A stretch of DNA of 22,761 bases from Azolla caroliniana (taxonomy: Eukaryota; Plantae; Polypodiophyta), in the NCBI GenBank assembly GCA_043228905.1, contig JBHGNT010000497.1, forward strand, positions 1-22,761, given 5' to 3'. Position numbers and translations under genes: made by a program. A model generated the notes under the pieces. It was not told where the DNA came from. It ran no database searches and saw nothing but the letters and a program-made list of their open reading frames with translations. This document shows positions 16,935-22,761 of this stretch, one piece after another; position 1 is the first letter of the stretch; each line of letters begins with the position of its first letter.

Positions 16935-19900
16935 CTGCACCAAAGTTCAAATAAGAATAAACATTGATATATATATAAGGTGCACAAGATATTCAAAAAC
17001 AGAATGCTTCCAGTTCTAATCCGACTGCTCTAGGATTGGTTCAAAGATGCATTATACCCTTCAATTGTAGAATGTGCTGTATTTCATATCAGAATTGCAT
17101 GGCTAGTTGGTGATGTGAAAAAATATAAGATAGTATTGTCCAACTCGGTCAACTACAATGATTCAGCTACAGGATCAATTAGTTAGACAACCGATTATTA
17201 CTATATAATACACAATCATACGCCATTTATGGGATTACAAATTTTTAGCTGAAATATCGTAGTACCCATCACACATTCGCTCAAGAGGTTGCATCTTCAT
17301 GGACACAGGGTGTCTTTGTACATCTTTGAGTAACAAAATCTTGTTTTATGTGTACTACAGGTGTGTCTTACGAGAGTACCTTTGGAGTCTGGAGATAATA
17401 GACTTTATTTGTCAACAACAAGGTTGACAAACCCATTGTCTAGATGGATTAAATGTTGAGACCAGACACATTGTAAACTAAACAAAGAATAAGCATGTAG
17501 TGTGAACACAACTCAACACCACCATAAAGATGTTTGAGGATTAAATGTTTTGCCATAAAATGTTACCTCTAAGCAAGAGTACAGTGAAACCTTGTAATGA
17601 GATGGGTGCATAGAGAGCTGTCTGACCTGATACATCTGGAGTTCTGATGTCATTGATTGCATTTGATGGGTCTTCTCTTTCAAAGTTTTCGCATACAGCC
17701 CCAGTTGTTCAGAAACTTCTGGGCCAGGTTGTCGAGCCAAAATCTTTCTGAGCTCAACGTAAAGTTTCTCTTTTTCTTGAATCAAAATATCCTTTTCCAC
17801 AACCTACACAAGACCGCAAAAAAAGCATTTTGATAAGACAAATGCACGCTCAGAAAAGTATGCTTAGATAAAATCACTGAGGGAAAAGAAAGGAGGCTCA
17901 GTCGTCTGAAGCGTCTCAACAAACAAGATGAAAGCATTAGAAAGTCCCCAAACTACTGAAATTCCAAAGAGCAAATTTTTTGTTTGTCGTCTTCTTTAAC
18001 TTCAAATATATCACTCTCCAAGTAGGGGTAACGTTGAGATAATACTTGTCTATTATGCTAAGTATAACAATTACATGCAGTCTTGAGCACAACAAACTGA
18101 AAGGTTGCTTTCCATACTTCTCTTTGGAGCTATCTCTCAGAGAGAAGTCCATTAACACTACCTGTGGTGTCTTGAAATAGTCCTTTAATGTTGAATGTAG
18201 ACCTTGGTATTCTAGTTCTTCCAAAACTTCATTGGCATTATACAAATTAATGATTGTGAAGCATTGAAAAGAAAGAAAATACAAGATCACACCTGTTCAG
18301 TTTTGAGTATCAACCGTTTTTGCAGAGTTTGAATTTTCAAAATCATTTCATAAGCAGTTGGGTCACTTCCTTCAAGTTGGCGCCAGCGGTGCACATTCAA
18401 GGGGTTTTCCAGCTCTTCTGATAATGCTTTGACCTGTAACCAAGTTTTCATCACAATGATTACTTGTTTAACATCTGAAGCATATTTGAGATTCATACGG
18501 GAGCAGGGAGCCGCACCTTTGTACGCTCTTGCAGTAGTTCTCGACCTAAACTATGTACTTCTCGTTTTAGAACCTGAATGTTTTGAACTGATCCTCGCAG
18601 GACCCCATGTTCTCTTTTTAACTCTGTAAGCTTTATTTTGAGAAGACGCAACTCATTAAGTCGACATCTGTATTGAACTTGTCCTTTACTAAGAGTGGAC
18701 TGTTGAATCTTTATCTTCTCATACAGCAGGGCCAGCTCCTCATTTCTTCGTGTAAGCTACGAAACATTGAATAAGACCTTAACTCAGAACACTAAATTAG
18801 TGCAGATATAGATCAGTTGTGGGGTGCAGCTACCTGCTCACAGAAGTGACAGATATTAAACAGTTTCTATTTCTATTCATTTAATTACTCATACTAATAA
18901 TGTTAACACTCTCAATCACCTGTGTTCCTAGAATGTCCCTCTCATTTTTTATGATATCTAGCTCCTTTTTCTGCCTGAATTTCTCATCATCTGCCTCACT
19001 GATAATATGGTTCATGTTCTCTATTTCTGTATTATGTGATGCAATGATTGCCTCTCCTTCTTTTATCTCCTGGTGAGCTTTGCTCAATTCTTGTTTCAGT
19101 GTTTCTCTTTCCTTCTCTACCTGTTACAAAGACTTCCATCAGAAACATTTTACTTGGGGATCTTGCAGGAATTTCTTTATATTAGTGATAAAGAACATTC
19201 ATAATTACAAAAGCTGTGAAAACCTAATTTTCAGCAAACAGAAGGAAGCAATTTTACAAAACTGCTGTTCTTATAATTGCTTTTTATAAATTTTAAGTTT
19301 CAATAGTATTTCCCAGATGTTTCTGCTATTTTCTCTTTCTCGTTCTGTTACAATTTTCCTTGCATAACCACTCACATATAATGAGATTTATCTTAAGGGG
19401 CTTTCTGAAAATGAGATTCGTTTTAATACTATCGAAATCACCCATTTGATATTGCTACATCTGAAGTAAAAATGAAATTGATTAGATTTTTGCAATTATT
19501 TCTATGTAGGTGACATATCTCCAGCAAACATTGTGGGCTTTGCTGGCCCCTATGAGCCAAAAATATGCTTCCAAACATAATCATATAAAAACCTTTGCTG
19601 CTTCTATATATTTCTGAATAAGAATGGTATGCAAAAGTTCATAATCCTGTGACACTATCATCTATCCATCCCAGGAACTACCCAAATACCCATCCACTGT
19701 GTACTGAAATTGCAGAAGAAATTGGTAAACTTTACCATTTGTTAGGCAAAGGATGAGCTATATCATTTTCTGATGTTCAATATTAATTGTAATGCTACTT
19801 TTAGCAGATTTGACCTGAACTTGATGCTATTCTAGTCAATTTGACCTAAATAAAACCTTGACGTTATGTATGATCCTACCCATGTCATATTTCTGCCTGC

Positions 19901-20583
19901 AACATGGCAACAAATAATATTACAATCAAATGTAGACAGTACTATTTGACAAGGTATGCGAATAGAATAATGATAATACAGGTCAGGTGATACTCCAACA
20001 TTGAGAAAATATAGATGATCACCTTTGTGAAGTCAAAGTGCTCTTTGATAAGCGCAAGTTCCTTTGTGTTGATCTCTTCCTTCATCTGCTCAATCTGATG
20101 ATTCATGACTTTAATTCGTCTCCTGAGTTCATTTATTTCATCTTGGGCATCAACTAAGTTTTTGCTCAGAAGGTTCCTTTCACTCCGAACTGTCTCATAG
20201 AGATTTTGCTGCTGTTTAAGGCGATTTTCACCTTCTACTATTCTCTTTTGTAGATCCATGATGGTAACTTCTCTTGCACTCACCTCATCAAGTGCCTGTA
20301 AGGAGGAGATTCAGTATTCCCCATTCATCTTACATAAGATGATTCACACCATCTACCTTCAGAAATGAGCATAGAAAAAAAATCATGAACATACTTGCAT
20401 ATACTTGACACCAGCTTGAGATGCTTCTGCACCATACTTCTGCCGCTCTTTCTCCAATTTACTAATCAATCTTTCTTGTTTTTGTGATGAATCTCGATAA
20501 TTTTGTATTTCTGCTTCGAGATTGTGGATTGAAACCTCATTTATCTTAACCAAATCACTTTGTTTCTCTATCGAATTTTCAGC
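16734..20583 (-). CDS. CFAP58: Cilia- and flagella-associated protein 58 (CCDC147/FAP58 family coiled-coil protein); 3' seven exons, 5'-partial
   Basis: complement(join(16734-16934,17627-17803,18293-18433,18517-18756,18920-19120,20023-20295,20395-20583)) = 1422 nt, open frame, all GT-AG. Family motifs: LKQQQNLYETVRSERNLLSKNL, ERDILGTQL.RRNEELALLYEKIKIQQS, EELENPLNVHRWRQLEGSDP, EKEKLYVEL.KILARQPGPE and C-terminal GGGF. Confidence 0.95.
17627..17803 (-). CDS. CFAP58: CFAP58 exon
   Basis: tgtag|GTT; VVEKDILIQEKEKLYVELRKILARQPGPE...ELQMYQ; donor CAG|GTCAGA. Confidence 0.94.
18293..18433 (-). CDS. CFAP58: CFAP58 exon
   Basis: tacag|GTC; VKALSEELENPLNVHRWRQLEGSDP...KTEQ; donor CAG|GTGTGA. Confidence 0.95.
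18517..18756 (-). CDS. CFAP58: CFAP58 exon (not in the ORF track)
   Basis: cgtag|CTT; LTRRNEELALLYEKIKIQQSTLSKG...RELLQERTK; donor AAG|GTGCGG. Confidence 0.94.
18920..19120 (-). CDS. CFAP58: CFAP58 exon
   Basis: aacag|GTA; VEKERETLKQELSK...IISEADDEKFRQKKELD...ERDILGTQ; donor CAG|GTGATT. Confidence 0.94.
20023..20295 (-). CDS. CFAP58: CFAP58 exon
   Basis: tacag|GCA; ALDEVSAREVTI...LKQQQNLYETVRSERNLLSKNL...EHFDFTK; donor AAG|GTGATC. Confidence 0.94.
20395..20583 (-). CDS. CFAP58: CFAP58 exon (not in the ORF track); most 5' exon visible in the window
   Basis: attag|GCT; AENSIEKQSDLVKINE...NLEAEIQNYR...KLEKERQKY...KYMQ; donor CAA|GTATGT. Confidence 0.92.
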
Positions 20584-22761
20584 CTAATTTATATAGGAGA
20601 AACAAATCATGTCAGCTTATTATGAAGCAGAGATGCAAAAAATATTACAATGCTTATATCCAGAAATATACACACTTTCAAATGTTCTAGTTTAAAAACA
20701 CACCATTGAAGTATAATATGAGCTCTAAAACATTCTTAAAGCATCACGAAGCTGCAGACAAAATGGTCTATGGGTACAAACTAGAAAAAAAAGTAACTCT
20801 CCCCCTGAAAATGATCTTCATACCATATGAGGTCTACACACATGAAGCATGTTGAATTTACAAGTCAAGACACCAAACTGTTGCTGATCATGAGGTTTCA
20901 ACTTGTGTATTATTCAGAAAATCTGAGTATCCCCTATATTCGACCCAGATACCAAGTACTCAACAAAAGTGAAAGGTCTGGAATATAGGATCTTGACTTG
21001 TCTTTCCATTTTTCTTTAAGAAAAATAGTCATCTAGTACTTTGAACTTTGACATCCAAAAGCAATTACATACATCAATTGACACCTGCATAAAGTTCACA
21101 CAACATGTTTCCCTTCAACTATACAAGATCAATTATTTGAGGTTGGAAGCCAGTTTTACTCTACAAACAACATATATCGCACCACATGTGAGGCACGGTG
21201 TGCGGTAGAGTATCTACATATCCATTATTTGCCGGATATTCTCTCCAAGCCAACAAAATTGCTGTTTCCCAGTCTATTTTAACCCCTTTGAATGTTGTGG
21301 TCAAGGCTCTACATGTGAAGCCGTTTTTATTGAGTTCTAGCATGTAAAGGAGCAACTGAGAAAACATTTTTTCTAACATAGCATGATCTCTCTACTGTGA
21401 ATATGCAAGAGCTCTCATGTGTCTGCTCGTGGGCTTTGCTCTATAACAGACATTGGGAGTTACTTACACTGAGTAATCCGCAAATTTCAGAGTGAATGGG
21501 GTGCATCTCTCTTTTCTCATGGACATCTCACAAAAAGCTAGAAGTTAGAACATGTTCACTTAGTCTGGTGACACACTGCTATTTTCTTCTGTTTACAGAA
21601 AGGGTTTGTACATGCTGCCCAATCACCTAAAATCAAAGTTACTTACAGCACTTCTGAGGCCCCTCCATCTTGAATCGACAAATCATGGAGATCTTTTAAT
21701 GACAAAAGTTTCAGATCATCAAAGCTTGGAGTGTTAATTGCTTAGATAGCAAGATTGTTTGGTACCCTACACAATTTTACTAATATATTTATGTTTGTTT
21801 TGACTTATTGTTCTCAAAGATGAGATCACATTTCAAGACAAACTTTCATTCAGTCTCGTACATCATGTTATCCTCCTAAAAAACATTAACATTTCTTTCT
21901 TCCTTAAATATCCCACTAGAAGTCAGTAAGACAAATTTGTCTGAGTCATTGTTTCAAATTAATGTCCGCTCTTCACGTACCAATTATGAGAGTCTCCCCA
22001 ATCCTCAGTACAAATTTTGTAGTTGTCTTTCTTCTCATATTCCACTACTCTTATATATAAGAGTAAGACTTTAAATTCTCTATTCAGAGAGGAACTCGTG
22101 GCATTTAAAAATCAATGCATGGAATCACAACCTTGAAACCTAGAGTTATTAATATTGCCTTCATACATCTTTTTTCCTAGTTCTTCCAAAATTTCTCTTG
22201 AAAGCAGCATATGTGCATTCATATGTGCATACTTCCTAACTGACATGCAAAACATGGCTATCTTGTCCTCAGGTTCCCATTTTGTTTATGTACAGATTGA
22301 AGGGCTCACTCAATTTTGTTTCTCCATCCAAACATTGCCTAATAACATGGTTTGGAGAGGATCACGCACCATCGAGGCAGTTTAAACACTTGGGTTCCAG
22401 CAGAAGAAAGAATGTGATTTATTGGGGATCTCGTTGTCAGGTTACTTTTCTCCATACAAAAAATTTGCAAAATTCTGATGTCTTTGCCTTTGTCATTTTG
22501 TACAGTTTTATAACAGCAGCAGACGGATGGCCATAGGCTACCAGTTCACCACCCATAACATGTCTCATGACATCATGCTCCACATATTTCAGGACCAGAT
22601 TATTCAACAAACCTACAAGCCACTTACCCAGATCCCACTTAGGAAAACTTCCCTAGCCATTTCATATGAAAATTTATTCAAGGGGCTCTACAGTTCTTGA
22701 AATGAAATTAACTATATGGGTGCTTAAAGCATGCACTGAAATCTGCATGTGCATTTCCATG
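20584..22761 (-). other. Long (>2.1 kb) CFAP58 intron running off the window, possibly containing decayed TE sequence
   Basis: I could not read any further E/K/Q-rich coiled-coil exon on the - strand. The protein lacks its N-terminal half, so upstream exons should lie outside the window. Confidence 0.6.

Noticed and set aside
17408-17431. 9-bp perfect hairpin tttgtcaac-aacaag-gttgacaaa, and a weaker inverted repeat at ~17130-17205
   Set aside because: Short stems are expected by chance in 22 kb of AT-rich DNA. No TSD and no miRNA-length stem.
17937-18290. 117-aa - strand ORF
   Set aside because: It lies wholly within a CFAP58 intron, starts at a non-ATG codon beside the donor, and the flanking exons join in frame without it.
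1-22761. Prokaryotic systems: CRISPR array, retron or RT defence system, operon
   Set aside because: The DNA is eukaryotic with spliceosomal introns. The RT is a degraded LINE. The repeats are two- or three-copy duplications without repeat-spacer structure.

Overview
Eukaryotic, intron-rich nuclear DNA from a land plant. The plant-type PP2A-A gene next to an intact flagellar gene points to a lineage with swimming sperm; a fern is plausible but this is inference. Contents: (1) 1-~2333, the decayed 3' part of a non-LTR retrotransposon (RT plus CCHC finger, RTE-X-like, catalytic YADD mutated to YAYD, several stops and frameshifts). (2) A complete + strand gene for the PP2A 65-kDa scaffold A subunit: 12 coding exons at 7304-14772, 586 aa, with a probable spliced 5'UTR from ~4890. 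Its 5'UTR intron holds a 528-bp solo LTR (TGTTG...CAACA, GTGTT target-site duplication). Its 3.4-kb intron holds an 820-bp non-autonomous hAT-type element (8-bp ATCCGAAG duplication). (3) The last seven coding exons (473 aa plus stop) of a convergent - strand CFAP58/CCDC147 gene, whose 5' half lies beyond the window. Several 75-195 bp local tandem duplications and microsatellites are also present. I found no prokaryotic system, CRISPR array or RNA gene, and no convincing wholly new biological system. The best leads are the structurally defined transposons, the RTE-X-like LINE, the plant CFAP58 gene, and some PP2A-A splice-site and residue oddities.
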